Shown: positions 9,292-19,527 of the stretch, piece after piece
How positions within the stretch are numbered: position 1 is the first letter of the stretch
Layout: every line of letters starts with the position of its first letter
NCBI GenBank assembly: GCA_003345545.1
Contig: PRDH01000003.1
Span: forward strand, 17,413 to 81,412
Source of the DNA: Candidatus Thorarchaeota archaeon
Lineage (GTDB): Archaea; Asgardarchaeota; Thorarchaeia; Thorarchaeales; Thorarchaeaceae
Reading direction: 5' to 3'
DNA: 64,000 nucleotides
Program-made: the position numbers and the translations under genes
Notes under the pieces: generated by a model
The model's input: only the letters and a program-made list of their open reading frames with translations
The model's database searches: none
What the model was told of the DNA's origin: nothing

Positions 9292-10575
9292 TTGACTGAC
9301 AATGGCTGTAAACCACCAATGGCTATTAGCGCAGTCGATACTGGGCAATCAAGCAGACGATGGCTAGGGCTGAGCGGGAACCTTTGGAGGCTGGCGGCGG
9401 TCACAGGAGTTGCCCAGTTCTGTATGAGTCTATGGGCTTGGCAATTCGGTATCTTCCTCGCAGGCGTTGTTGAGAAGTGGCAGATCGGCCTCACATTCTC
9501 AATTGGCACTTTTGCAATGATTGTTGGCTATGCAGTTTCGGGCACCGTTTCAGACCTCATCGGACGTAAACACGCAATGACCTTCGCCTTTGTACCAATG
9601 TTCGTGGGGCTACTTGGGTTGAGATTGTTTCCTGTCTGGCCTCTTATACCCCTGGAATACGGAATCGTATTTTTCGGCTGGGCATTCGTCATAATCATGA
9701 GCAGAGCCATGCCTGCAGATGAGATTGCTCAGACAAGCGGAGAAAACTCCGCACGCATCTTCAACATGACCCTACTACCAGCATTTCTGGTTGATGGTAT
9801 CAGTCCCATCATTGCTGCGATTCTGCTCGATGCAGGCTATGTGGCCGGAGACCTCCATCTATTGGCTTCGCTTGGAGCATTAATTGCAATTGTCGCAAAC
9901 AATCGGATTGTAAAAGAGTCTCTTGGCAAAGAGCTGATGGAGCGGGCAAAGGCTGGACCAGTTATCACATTTCGAGGGTTGGGGAAGAACTTCTGGATCT
10001 TCACATTGGGTATGCTCGGATTCGTCTTCATTGGAAACCTCGCATTCCCATACGTGGGGAACCTTGTTGTCGAGGATTGGGGTCTTAGCGATTCAGCATA
10101 TGGGTATGCTTGGGCAGCATATTCCTTCACATGTGTGATTCTTATGTATAATCTGAGTGGCCTTGTAGATAAGAACGTTCGAGTCGCACTGATTCTGGCA
10201 CTCTGGAGTATTGCAGTCATTTTGGGCATTTTCGCCTTCAGCTCAGGGGTATGGGCACTCGTCATTCTCAATATCGCTTGGGCAGTCCCCTTAGTGATCT
10301 GGACTGGAGCCGAGAACAGCCTTGCCGTGAACGGTGTCAGCAACGAAATGAAGGGACGAGCTCTTGGAACATATCAATTCATGTTGAGTACCACACATCT
10401 CTTTGGTGCGTTTTTCGGTGCGATTCTATGGGACTACTTTGGAAGCCTGCGCACGGTCTTCAGCATTGCGAGCATTGGCGGACTAGTCATTGTAATTGGT
10501 CTGACATACGCACTGATGTCAGTGGAGATTATCAAAGAACCTCGTGCAACATTAGAACTCAACAAAACCGAGTAA
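9292..10575 (+). CDS. MFS transporter
   Basis: About 12 hydrophobic segments. Motif A GTVSDLIGRK and KGRALG in the second half. Confidence 0.85.
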   Translation: MTDNGCKPPMAISAVDTGQSSRRWLGLSGNLWRLAAVTGVAQFCMSLWAWQFGIFLAGVVEKWQIGLTFSIGTFAMIVGYAVSGTVSDLIGRKHAMTFAFVPMFVGLLGLRLFPVWPLIPLEYGIVFFGWAFVIIMSRAMPADEIAQTSGENSARIFNMTLLPAFLVDGISPIIAAILLDAGYVAGDLHLLASLGALIAIVANNRIVKESLGKELMERAKAGPVITFRGLGKNFWIFTLGMLGFVFIGNLAFPYVGNLVVEDWGLSDSAYGYAWAAYSFTCVILMYNLSGLVDKNVRVALILALWSIAVILGIFAFSSGVWALVILNIAWAVPLVIWTGAENSLAVNGVSNEMKGRALGTYQFMLSTTHLFGAFFGAILWDYFGSLRTVFSIASIGGLVIVIGLTYALMSVEIIKEPRATLELNKTE

Positions 10576-10583
10576 AGTTCTCA

Positions 10584-11303
10584 TCAATCCTTCTTACGCT
10601 TCCTCAAGGACTCGATTCTTGAGATGTCTCTAGTATCAGCGTATTTCCCCAATAAGTGACCGGACTTCTTTGCTTTGGTTTCAAGATAGGCACGATTATA
10701 CTCAGATGGCGGTATGACCAAAGGCAGCCTCTCATCAATCTGTACTCCTGCTGAAGTAAGTTGCCGGATCTTATCAGGATTGTTTGTGAGCAGCTTGATT
10801 GAACGGACTTGCAGGTTCTTGAGAATGCTCGCAGCTATTCTATAGTCACGTTCATCCGGTTGATAGCCCAAATGTATGTTTGCATCGATAGTATCCAGCC
10901 CGTGATCCTGAAGTGCATATGCTCTAATCTTTTCGGTAAGCCCAATATTGCGACCCTCTTGACGCAGATAGAGCACCACACCAGCACCCTCTTTCTCTAT
11001 GATCTTCAAGGATTCAAGAAGTTGGTCTCTACAGTCACATCTCTTGCTCCCCATCACGTCGCCTGTCAAGCACTCTGAGTGAACGCGGGTGACAACACCC
11101 CTCTTGCCTACAATGTCTCCCTTTATGATTGCAGTGTGCTCTTTGCCATCACAGGGACTCACAAATCCACAGATTTGGAAATCTCCAAACCTGCTTGGAA
11201 GGTCGGCAATGGCCACCAATTGAACACAGCATTGATCTGTGACGCAGACTTGCCTTGCGCTCTCATCAATGAGCTCAGCAATCTGCTCATCGGATAACTT
11301 CAT
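10584..11303 (-). CDS. ribA: GTP cyclohydrolase II
   Basis: RVHSECLTGD..RCDCRDQL, YLRQEGRNIGL, AYALQD.GLDT, LLTNNPDK, YLETK..KSGHLL. Confidence 0.95.
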   Translation of the reverse strand: MKLSDEQIAELIDESARQVCVTDQCCVQLVAIADLPSRFGDFQICGFVSPCDGKEHTAIIKGDIVGKRGVVTRVHSECLTGDVMGSKRCDCRDQLLESLKIIEKEGAGVVLYLRQEGRNIGLTEKIRAYALQDHGLDTIDANIHLGYQPDERDYRIAASILKNLQVRSIKLLTNNPDKIRQLTSAGVQIDERLPLVIPPSEYNRAYLETKAKKSGHLLGKYADTRDISRIESLRKRKKD

Positions 11304-11437
11304 TCCTTCGAACCCAAGATTCGAGTTTTCGTTTCAAATATAGAGATTTGCCTTTGGTCTTTCCGGCATCGCTAAATATGGGCGTCCAAGCATAGAGAGG
11401 AGGAGTCACATGACTACAACTCCATGGTGAATCCAGG

Positions 11438-12505
11438 ATGAAGCGCAACCATAAAGCTGCTGTTGAAGAAATGCAAAGACTGCTCAAGCAGAATACCAAG
11501 AGATACGCGTTCAAGAAACTTGAGAAAGAGGTCATAAAGACAGGAGCGTGTGTTGAATGTGGAGCATGCGTTGCTGCCTGTCCGGTTGATGCAATATCAG
11601 GAGAGCGCACTGATAGGAAGTATGTTCCCATCCTAACCGGCGAATGCATATCCTGCGGCATCTGCTACGCTATGTGTCCAAGGTCCTTCGTTCTTCAGGA
11701 CCAGCTGATTGGTGAAGTCAAGAACTCATGGAAGTTGCAGTCAACGAGAGATCATATGCGACAGGATGGAGGAGCAGTCACGGCCATCCTTGGATACATG
11801 CTTGATGAGAAAATGATAGAAGGCGCAGTGGTCGCTTGCCGGTCATCAGATACTCCATGGTTGCCGGTTGCAACAACAATCACACGGAGAGAAGATCTCT
11901 ACAGGTGCGGGGGAACGATTTACACCCATGCGCAAGTTATCGATGAAATGCTGCGGGGTTTCAAGAAAAATCTCTCATCTCTTGCCGTTGTGGGCACAGC
12001 GTGCAATATCGACGCCATTCACAGAATGGAAGAACATTCCGAAGGTCTATTCAATGTGGACAGAGCAGCATCCGTTTTCAAAATCAGCCTATTCTGTATG
12101 GAGTCTTTCAATTATGGTGATCTCGTGGCATTTCTCAAGAAAGCAGGAATTGAAATCGAGAATGTCAGCCATTTTGCCATCACAAGCGGCGAACTCAAGG
12201 TCACCCTTGGGAGTGATGTACGCAGCTGGCCAGTAGCCGAATTAAACACTGCAGCGGCTTCCTCGTGTGCCTTTTGTCAGGACTTCACCGGAAAATACTC
12301 AGATCTCTCCTGTGGGAATATTGGTTCAGATGAGGGGTGGACGACTGTTTTGGCAAGAACCGATAGGGCAGCAGACATCATCAAAGGTGCACTCAAGAAA
12401 GGGATTGTAAAAGGCGAAGCACTTGATGCTGAATCTCTTCAGGCTGTCATGAATTCAGCCCGGTTCAAAATGAATAAGTACTACCGTCTTCAGACTGGGC
12501 ATTAG
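11438..12505 (+). CDS. Coenzyme F420 hydrogenase/dehydrogenase beta subunit (FrhB/FdhB family) with N-terminal 2x[4Fe-4S] ferredoxin
   Basis: CVECGACVAACP, CISCGICYAMCP, QDGGAVT, VVGTAC, LFCMESF, CAFCQDF..DLSCGNIGS..GWT. Confidence 0.9.
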   Translation: MKRNHKAAVEEMQRLLKQNTKRYAFKKLEKEVIKTGACVECGACVAACPVDAISGERTDRKYVPILTGECISCGICYAMCPRSFVLQDQLIGEVKNSWKLQSTRDHMRQDGGAVTAILGYMLDEKMIEGAVVACRSSDTPWLPVATTITRREDLYRCGGTIYTHAQVIDEMLRGFKKNLSSLAVVGTACNIDAIHRMEEHSEGLFNVDRAASVFKISLFCMESFNYGDLVAFLKKAGIEIENVSHFAITSGELKVTLGSDVRSWPVAELNTAAASSCAFCQDFTGKYSDLSCGNIGSDEGWTTVLARTDRAADIIKGALKKGIVKGEALDAESLQAVMNSARFKMNKYYRLQTGH

Positions 12506-12607
12506 CGCTATCTCGAGTTCCATTACAGGCATATATGAAAAAAGCTGAAGATAGCCTGGGAATAGACATCTACTCCTGAATAGTGTTGAATCTCATTATC
12601 TCTCTGA

Positions 12608-14365
12608 TCACTTGACCCTCGTTCGGAAGTACAGAACGAGGACAATCAGTAGCGAGAGACCTCCCAAGAGAAACACAGTAACATAGACTGGTAGAGGTCC
12701 TCCGCCATAGCTCATCGCTGAAACCGTGATGTTTGCCCATGGCGTTTCTTCGATGTTGTTGACTGATGAGTTGTCCTCTGCGAATACCCTGAACCACACT
12801 ATTTGTCCATGAGCATACTCCCCTAGGGGAGCACCGAAGACGTCACCGATCTCAGTGCGTTCCATGGTCCTGTTCTCGAGAACGAAACCAGCATCTTCTG
12901 GATTTCCAATACCCCAACGAACTTCTATGGTCTTGATGTGATTCAGGTCCCAGACATATGCTTGGACCGTCAGATTGTTTGTCGTCTGAGTCGTTAGTGA
13001 TTGAATCACTTTGACATTAGCAATGATTGGGTTGTGTGCATCCGGTGTCACATGAACCTGAATGACTGCGAACGATGTGGAATTGAAGAAGTCGCTTAGA
13101 GTTAGATTGTAAGCATAGTCGCCAACAGCAAGGCCATTGACGAATATGGTGAAGTTCTGACCTCTCCAAGTTCCATTTTCTAGGATTTCGTCATTCCTCG
13201 TGAGATTGAACCATAGGGGATTACTCTCTTCGACTCTCCAAGTGATATTATAGCCAGTATAACCCTCCTCGTAGGTGAAATCATCAGCAGGCTGGATGAC
13301 TGGTGCACGAATGTCCTTGTATATGGTAACATTGACCGAGTCTGTGGAGTTAAGTCCAAAGTCATCAAATGCAGTCAGTTCGATTGTGTAGTTACCTAGA
13401 AATAGACCATCCAAGGTGACGATAATATGTTGCCCCCCTGGGTCTGAGAAACTCCAATTCGGTTGGATTATATCAACAAACGAATGAAACGCTGAAACAT
13501 TGCCATAGCTCGTATCATTATAGTGAATTATCGCTCTCACTGTATAGTTCTTGGGATTACTATCATAGGCAGTCCAATTGATTCGGTGTCCTTTAGAGCC
13601 GAACTCGAAGAGAATGTCATCGGGGGATGACAGCAACGGGTTTGTCAGGTCGAGAGTGACCGTCACGTTGACTGAGCTTGTTGCGTTCCGACCAAAAGTA
13701 TCATTGACGAAGAGCGCATAGAGGTACCAGTGGCTGGCATTAAGGCCATCAATATCTACAACAATATTCGCTCCGTTCCAAGCACCACTAGCTATCTGAG
13801 TATAGTTAGAAGTTGATTCATTGGACGTCCGCGTCACATTGTAGTAGTCCGGATTTGATTCAGTCACATTCCAATTGATCTCGTGACCGAAGCTTCCCAC
13901 TTCGTATGTAATGTTCTCATGCTGCTGGATAATTGGAGCGGTCTCGTCAAGGATGACTCTTAGTGCAGTCTGCGTAGAAGCTGACTCATTTGCTATGTTG
14001 TTCACTGTGACTTCGAAGTTGAATTGCATGGGCAATGCTGTAATCATGTGTCTCGTGTAGAGATAGATTAAATTCACGGTAAGCTTACCGCTGACCCAAA
14101 CGCCACTATCATAGCTACTAGCATTAACAGTGACAGTGTAGTTCTTGGGATTGGCATCAAATGTGTCGTAGATGAGGGTCTCGCCCACACTACCGTTTTC
14201 GAATTGATAGGAAGCAGGACCTGTTATTGTTGGAGCAGCTGGTTCCATCACACGAATCTGAGCGAGAGGAAGACCCACATTGTTGATGGAGATGACATAT
14301 GGCGAAACTACGAACCAAGTCAACATGAGAGCGATTATGAAGCGGCTACGATTCGACGAGACCAT
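12608..14365 (-). CDS. Membrane-anchored surface protein with tandem Ig-like repeats
   Basis: Signal peptide and four ~95-aa repeats (APxIxxxxxITYExGxxGxxIxWxxxESNPxxY). C-terminal TM and basic tail. Confidence 0.75.
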   Translation of the reverse strand: MVSSNRSRFIIALMLTWFVVSPYVISINNVGLPLAQIRVMEPAAPTITGPASYQFENGSVGETLIYDTFDANPKNYTVTVNASSYDSGVWVSGKLTVNLIYLYTRHMITALPMQFNFEVTVNNIANESASTQTALRVILDETAPIIQQHENITYEVGSFGHEINWNVTESNPDYYNVTRTSNESTSNYTQIASGAWNGANIVVDIDGLNASHWYLYALFVNDTFGRNATSSVNVTVTLDLTNPLLSSPDDILFEFGSKGHRINWTAYDSNPKNYTVRAIIHYNDTSYGNVSAFHSFVDIIQPNWSFSDPGGQHIIVTLDGLFLGNYTIELTAFDDFGLNSTDSVNVTIYKDIRAPVIQPADDFTYEEGYTGYNITWRVEESNPLWFNLTRNDEILENGTWRGQNFTIFVNGLAVGDYAYNLTLSDFFNSTSFAVIQVHVTPDAHNPIIANVKVIQSLTTQTTNNLTVQAYVWDLNHIKTIEVRWGIGNPEDAGFVLENRTMERTEIGDVFGAPLGEYAHGQIVWFRVFAEDNSSVNNIEETPWANITVSAMSYGGGPLPVYVTVFLLGGLSLLIVLVLYFRTRVK

Positions 14366-14564
14366 ATGACCAACATCCTATGCATCCTTGTTACACATAT
14401 CGACCGGTCGGACTTCAGAGTGCGGTTTTATACCCTTCGGTAGTTCAACTGCTCCACGATATTTCGGCAGTGCATTTATCAAGAATAGGCTGATAAGACC
14501 ATTTGCTTCTAACAGAGCAAGACCTTCGTTAGCTGGGACACATTGAAACAGGGGAAAAAAGACA

Positions 14565-15482
14565 GTGCCTAAGGCAATCTTCTCGATTTGGTGGGACGAC
14601 CGTCTTGGACCCATGGTTGGGCGTTCATACCCTGAGGCACCACCGCTTTCCAGTGAGGAGGCCGTCACAGTCTTTATGGGTCATGGAGCAAACATGGAAA
14701 TTCAGGTAGGATATTCCAAGATCCAGAGTGGCGTTGTGATATCATATATGAGACCACCAAACTGCATAGCCGTTCTCTTAGATGATGGAGAGAACAGCGC
14801 AACGATCGAGAGAAACATCTTGCGACTAGCGCCCACTATTGATTTCAATAGCGATACCTGGGACAGAGAACTCGAAAAGGCGTATCGTGGTCTTGAGGAT
14901 CTGATTACTGAAACCACTGGCGAGGAACTACTCCTGAATCCGAATGTGAAGCATCTCGTTGCAGACATGATGGATGGCCGACTTGCGTCAGTCACACCAA
15001 CACATGTACTGAAGGCAACAATCAGATATCCAGATGCACATGAGTATCTAGGCAACGACGATGAAGAAGTGTTGAGACTTCTCAGAGACCTCGAGGATGA
15101 GGAAGTGCTTGAGTCCCGTACGTATGGCCGAAGAGTTGAGTGTCGCCAGTGCGGCGATTCTGATTTGATGATTAGCCTTCTGTGTCCTTCATGCAACTCT
15201 GAGGACATACACAAGGTCTACACAGTGTATTGCCCTAAGTGCGGCAATCAATTCCAGACATTGTTGGCCGATGATCTTGCAGTAGTCAAATGCTTGAGCT
15301 GCAAACAACCAGTGAAGGTCAGCCAGCTCTCTGTCATCGATGTCGAGCCGCTATGCAACAAATGTGGTACTGCATCCAATGACCCAAAGATAGTGTTCAA
15401 GTGTGGGACATGCGGAAAGCAGTTGAAAGGGGCCGATCTACTATCGGGCACTGGATTGGCGTACTATTTCAGGAATGTGTAG
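14565..15482 (+). CDS. uDENN/longin-like domain fused to wHTH and multi-CxxC Zn-ribbon (TackOD1-like) domain
   Basis: N-terminus IFSIWWDDRLGP..SYP. C-terminal IRYP..LRDLEDEEVLE followed by six CxxC pairs (CRQC, CPSC, CPKC, CLSC, CNKC, CGTC). Confidence 0.65.
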   Translation: MPKAIFSIWWDDRLGPMVGRSYPEAPPLSSEEAVTVFMGHGANMEIQVGYSKIQSGVVISYMRPPNCIAVLLDDGENSATIERNILRLAPTIDFNSDTWDRELEKAYRGLEDLITETTGEELLLNPNVKHLVADMMDGRLASVTPTHVLKATIRYPDAHEYLGNDDEEVLRLLRDLEDEEVLESRTYGRRVECRQCGDSDLMISLLCPSCNSEDIHKVYTVYCPKCGNQFQTLLADDLAVVKCLSCKQPVKVSQLSVIDVEPLCNKCGTASNDPKIVFKCGTCGKQLKGADLLSGTGLAYYFRNV

Positions 15483-15505
15483 GACCAGAAAATCACAGAT
15501 GGTCC

Positions 15506-17113
15506 CTAGCTATCTTCCTTCTTCTTACCTTTCTTTATTGTCTTCTTCACCACAGTTCTAGCATCTTTCACTATCTTCTCTGCGCGTCCGTCACTGAGTC
15601 CATCGATCTTCTGTGCAAGCCTTTGCGGTGTTTCACCAGCGAGTTGGACGGCAGATTCGTAACCAGCCGCCTTAAGCTTCTTCTCCAGAGCCTCGCCGAT
15701 TCCAGGAATTCCTTGAAGGGACATATTTGACTTGGAATCTTCACCGAGTATTTCACTCATATCACTATCACTCAATTCAGTGCCCGCATCGATTATGTCG
15801 ATCTGACTCTTAATTGAATCAAAGTCATGTGATCCAACAAAGGCGTCAACTGTCTTTTTCACCTGACGGTCATCAAAGTCAAAGGCCAATTCCTCAATCT
15901 CTATCTCCCGTCCCAGAATCGCTGGAAGATGCCCCGTAAGGTACAGAGCTATAAGAGATGAGAATATGGCCACTTGTCCACCGAATACGGTCAGATAGCT
16001 AGGAATATGAAACTGTATCCCGAATACAAGGAGATTGAGATCAACAGCTAAAAACAGTAGCACATAGCCCAAGAAGAAGAACCAAATCAGGGATAGCCGA
16101 ATTCCCTTTGTTCGGACAGAACCAAGCTCTGGCCAAATCAGACACACACATAGCCCAAGAAGGTAGCCCTCGAAGAACCTTTCAGAACTGAGTAGGATCT
16201 GAAGCAATGAGAACAAGTCCGTATCCTGAAAGAAACCAGTGTATAGAGTGGAACCAAAAATCGTCAATAATCCCATCATCAAAAGAGCAAAACTGAAAGC
16301 GGGCTTTCTACCCTTAGTGTCAGCAATGACACCTGCAACTACTATGCCAAGGATGAGAATAAGCGTTTCGAGTAAGGGCAAGTTAACATATTGACTCAAT
16401 GATTCAAAAGAGGAGTCTCCTGCAAAATGCTCCTGAAAGCTGAGTTTCATCACCATGTACCAAAGTATGTATGAAGCCATGATCAATACAGTAGGGGTGA
16501 AATATGTGAGAACACTCCCAGATGCTGCGAGGCGCGCCCTAGGTTGTCGCCAAGGCTTCATGCCAATTGAAACGATCAGAAGCACAATCGCGATAACTGC
16601 TGGCAGGGTGAGATAGGAAGAGCCCAGAAGGATGCTCATTTGCTCAAATAATGCATAGAGAGTGACGAGGATTATTGTGACGCACAGGAATACTGCTACC
16701 GTGCGACCCCGATACTTAACAATGATGCCTTGATTGACACGAACAGTCCAAAGAACCAAGAGAGAGGCCAATCCAGCAAATGAAGATAGTACTAGGAGCA
16801 ACTCCACAGTTTCCAGTTGCTGCAAGGTGAGTGGAGCAAGTCTAAGCAATGCAACTATTGGCGTGACTACCGCGGCAAGGACTACCAAGAAGTCAATTCT
16901 TCGTATTCGATCTGCAAGAATACCCGTCAATGGAAGTGCAAAGACAGCAGCGAGTGCACCGAGCCCTAGTAGTCCATAGTGTTCCAGGAGTGTCAGACCA
17001 AAGAGTGTACCTGATATCAGTTTCAGTATGATATAGATATTCAGTGCTACAGGACCAGCAAACAGAATGAAGAGACTGGCAGTCTTTGTGGGGAACTCAC
17101 GATACTGAAGCAT
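15506..17113 (-). CDS. MFS-like polytopic membrane protein with C-terminal helix-hairpin-helix domain
   Basis: GILADRIRR and GVIADTKGRK MFS motif-A repeats. C-terminal LQGIPGIGEALEKKLKAAGY..IDGLSDGRAEKI resembles the RadA N-terminal HhH. Start is uncertain (17113 or 17164). Confidence 0.7.
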   Translation of the reverse strand: MLQYREFPTKTASLFILFAGPVALNIYIILKLISGTLFGLTLLEHYGLLGLGALAAVFALPLTGILADRIRRIDFLVVLAAVVTPIVALLRLAPLTLQQLETVELLLVLSSFAGLASLLVLWTVRVNQGIIVKYRGRTVAVFLCVTIILVTLYALFEQMSILLGSSYLTLPAVIAIVLLIVSIGMKPWRQPRARLAASGSVLTYFTPTVLIMASYILWYMVMKLSFQEHFAGDSSFESLSQYVNLPLLETLILILGIVVAGVIADTKGRKPAFSFALLMMGLLTIFGSTLYTGFFQDTDLFSLLQILLSSERFFEGYLLGLCVCLIWPELGSVRTKGIRLSLIWFFFLGYVLLFLAVDLNLLVFGIQFHIPSYLTVFGGQVAIFSSLIALYLTGHLPAILGREIEIEELAFDFDDRQVKKTVDAFVGSHDFDSIKSQIDIIDAGTELSDSDMSEILGEDSKSNMSLQGIPGIGEALEKKLKAAGYESAVQLAGETPQRLAQKIDGLSDGRAEKIVKDARTVVKKTIKKGKKKEDS

Positions 17114-17173
17114 ATATCTCTCTCCAAGGAATGAAATACCCTGAGACTGATGGGTTATGGACATTTCGACTTC

Positions 17174-17183
17174 TTATTTATAT
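17174..17183. promoter_or_regulatory. TATA-like box in the divergent intergenic region
   Basis: TTATTTATAT between the MFS-HhH gene and the longin operon. Confidence 0.35.
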
Positions 17184-17271
17184 CGAGAGCCTTTTCAATG
17201 TACCAGCAATGAACCTCAGCGATATCTTAATGTCCTCTCAGTTTTCCCTAAGATACACGGAGCGAGAAAGT

Positions 17272-18180
17272 TTGGTTGGAAAGCTTGGTGTAAACGAATT
17301 CATGGTCTTGACTACAGGAGGTACTCCGATTTTCCACTACTCTACAACAGACACTCCAAAGCTTGATCATCTCCTTTCGGGATTCATTAGTGCAATAACA
17401 AGCTTTGCAACTGAATTTGGCGAGCGATCCATTCAGAGCCTATCATTCGAAGGGTCACAACTTCTCTATGAGCAACACGATAATAACTACCTCTGCGTCT
17501 TCCTTGTAGAAACAGGTTCGTCAGAGAAGGTGCTTCGCGCAGTACTGCGCGAGCTGAGCAAGAAATTCATGTCGCGATATAGAGACGAATTGAAGATGGA
17601 TGTCCCAATTCTAGATGTCTTTATGGACTTCGAACAAGTGGTCAAGAGCGTCTTGTCTCACTATGAAGGAGTCCTCGCAGAAATATCAGGTTTCAGCAGC
17701 TTTTCAGTCCCTGAAATCAAGAAAGCCGATTTGGACATAGCAACCGAGTCAGAGGGTTTTCTGGACGAATTCCATCGTGACTTTGGTACCTCAGGCAATA
17801 GAGTTCTATCTGTAATCGATGGCAAGAAGACGCTATATGATATGAGCCGCGACCTCGGAATCACTCCAGTAGAAATCCGAGATGTGGTCGAATACTTGGC
17901 AATTAGAGGATTCCTAGGCATCTCAAGCCTCTGCCCGCTGATCAAAGGAAATGATGCGCGCTTTGAAGCCTATCTAGACATTGTTGGCCTTCCAAGCAAG
18001 GACTATCAGCTTCTTGAGAGAGCAAAGAATCTATGCAACGGGAAGAGGACACTTGTAGAAGTCAGTGAAAGACTCGGAGTCAATCCTGAGCGGCTCTACG
18101 ATGTTCTTGAAAAGATGGGAGAGGAAGTTGAATGGAGACTCGTTGAAGTCTCCACTTCTTTGCACACATTTTCACCCTAG
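17272..18180 (+). CDS. Longin domain + tandem winged-helix protein (NPRL2-like wHTH)
   Basis: FMVLTTGGTPIFHYS..LLSGFISAITSFATEF longin pattern. wHTH repeats IDGKKTLYDMS and CNGKRTLVEVS. The track's start at 17086 overlaps the divergent gene, so TTG 17272 is more plausible. Confidence 0.7.
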   Translation: MVGKLGVNEFMVLTTGGTPIFHYSTTDTPKLDHLLSGFISAITSFATEFGERSIQSLSFEGSQLLYEQHDNNYLCVFLVETGSSEKVLRAVLRELSKKFMSRYRDELKMDVPILDVFMDFEQVVKSVLSHYEGVLAEISGFSSFSVPEIKKADLDIATESEGFLDEFHRDFGTSGNRVLSVIDGKKTLYDMSRDLGITPVEIRDVVEYLAIRGFLGISSLCPLIKGNDARFEAYLDIVGLPSKDYQLLERAKNLCNGKRTLVEVSERLGVNPERLYDVLEKMGEEVEWRLVEVSTSLHTFSP

Positions 18181-18249
18181 TTCACTTTCTTCGAAGTGAT
18201 TAAGTAGGTCTTTGTCCACTGCGAACCACGATTCTAGGAGAATACTCCA

Positions 18250-19527
18250 TTGGTCAAAGAGATCATTGTGCTGCAAGAAGGAGGAATACTTCTCTTCCAC
18301 TATAGCATCGGTGGCACAAAGAAGCTAGATGAACTGGTCGCAGCATTCCTATCAGCAGTCGATTCGTTAGCGCAGCAAGTAGGGCGAGATAGAATCACAA
18401 CGATTTCGTTTGCTGCCAATAAGCTGGTTTGGGAAAAGAAAGGCAACCTGTTCTTCATCGCAATGATTTCTGAAGAGAGCACCAATGAGATATTCAGGAT
18501 CATATTAAGAGATCTCGCCGAGCAATTCGTGAGTATGTATTACGCGGATTTGATGAACGAGTTCTTTGACTTGGGGAGATTCAAGTCATTCACGGATGTT
18601 GTGGAAACAACACTCCACAAATTCGATGGTATCCCTGGATTAGCAAGGCGGTACAAGACAATCTTGCTACCATCTGAAGAGCTGAATATTCTGGCGAAAA
18701 AGCTGGTTGAAGTAGAAGTCAGTCGAGATGTCCTCAGAGGGTGTCTCATTACTTCTGATGGGTATATTGCCCTATCTCATCTTCGCGCCTATGAAATCGA
18801 GATTGTTCTGGATCTCATGCCCATTCTGCTTCGGGATGTTGAGATCAGGGAGCATGCAAGTCTGGAAAAACCAACAGCTCTTCTTCTCATCAGGACTCAT
18901 AACAAGGGCGTCGCGGCATTCATCGTAAGACTTGGATTATCTGAGGAGTCGTACTACGAACTAGTGACGCCATTCTTAGCCTATGCTTCGGAAGCTGACT
19001 TTGAAGGTGCGAGGAAACTTGAACCGGAGAAGACAGAGAGTCAGATCTCATTCTACAGTTTTGATAGAGTCAAGCCGATTGCCAGTATTGATGGCATTGA
19101 GCACGAGCTGAATTCACTGCTTAGCGCAGCCTCCGAGAACACTCGTTCAGGCGCAATCAAATTGAGAGAGGCCCTTCCAGAATCACCACTCGTGGCCGAG
19201 ATTCAGCAGATATTGGCCTTGCCTAAGAATCAATTAGACGAATTGCTCGCCAATCTAATAGCAAGAAACATGATCAGAATCATGAAAGTATTTCCAACTC
19301 TCGACGAGCGTGATGAGAGGTTTTCAATGTTTCTGGAGGTCATTGGAATTAAGAAGAAAGACTTTGATGTCGTCAACACTATCTGGAAGTACTGCGATGG
19401 TAGCCTTTCAATACAGGAAATATCAGAAAGAACAAGCATTCCTGCGCCTAGGATCATGGAAGTCCTGCGCGAACTAGGCAACAATGTTACTTGGTCTAAC
19501 GACCGGAGGTTAATTCATGTCAGGTAA
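18250..19527 (+). CDS. Longin + roadblock-like + tandem winged-helix protein, paralog of the upstream gene
   Basis: [28 protein letters not shown] (longin); [16 protein letters not shown] (roadblock/LC7-like); [14 protein letters not shown]..VTW (wHTH). SD AGGAG precedes TTG. Confidence 0.7.
   Translation: [425 protein letters not shown]

Noticed and set aside
17086-17271. N-terminal extension of the first longin ORF
   Set aside because: It overlaps the divergent gene and the promoter region, and the longin pattern begins after it.
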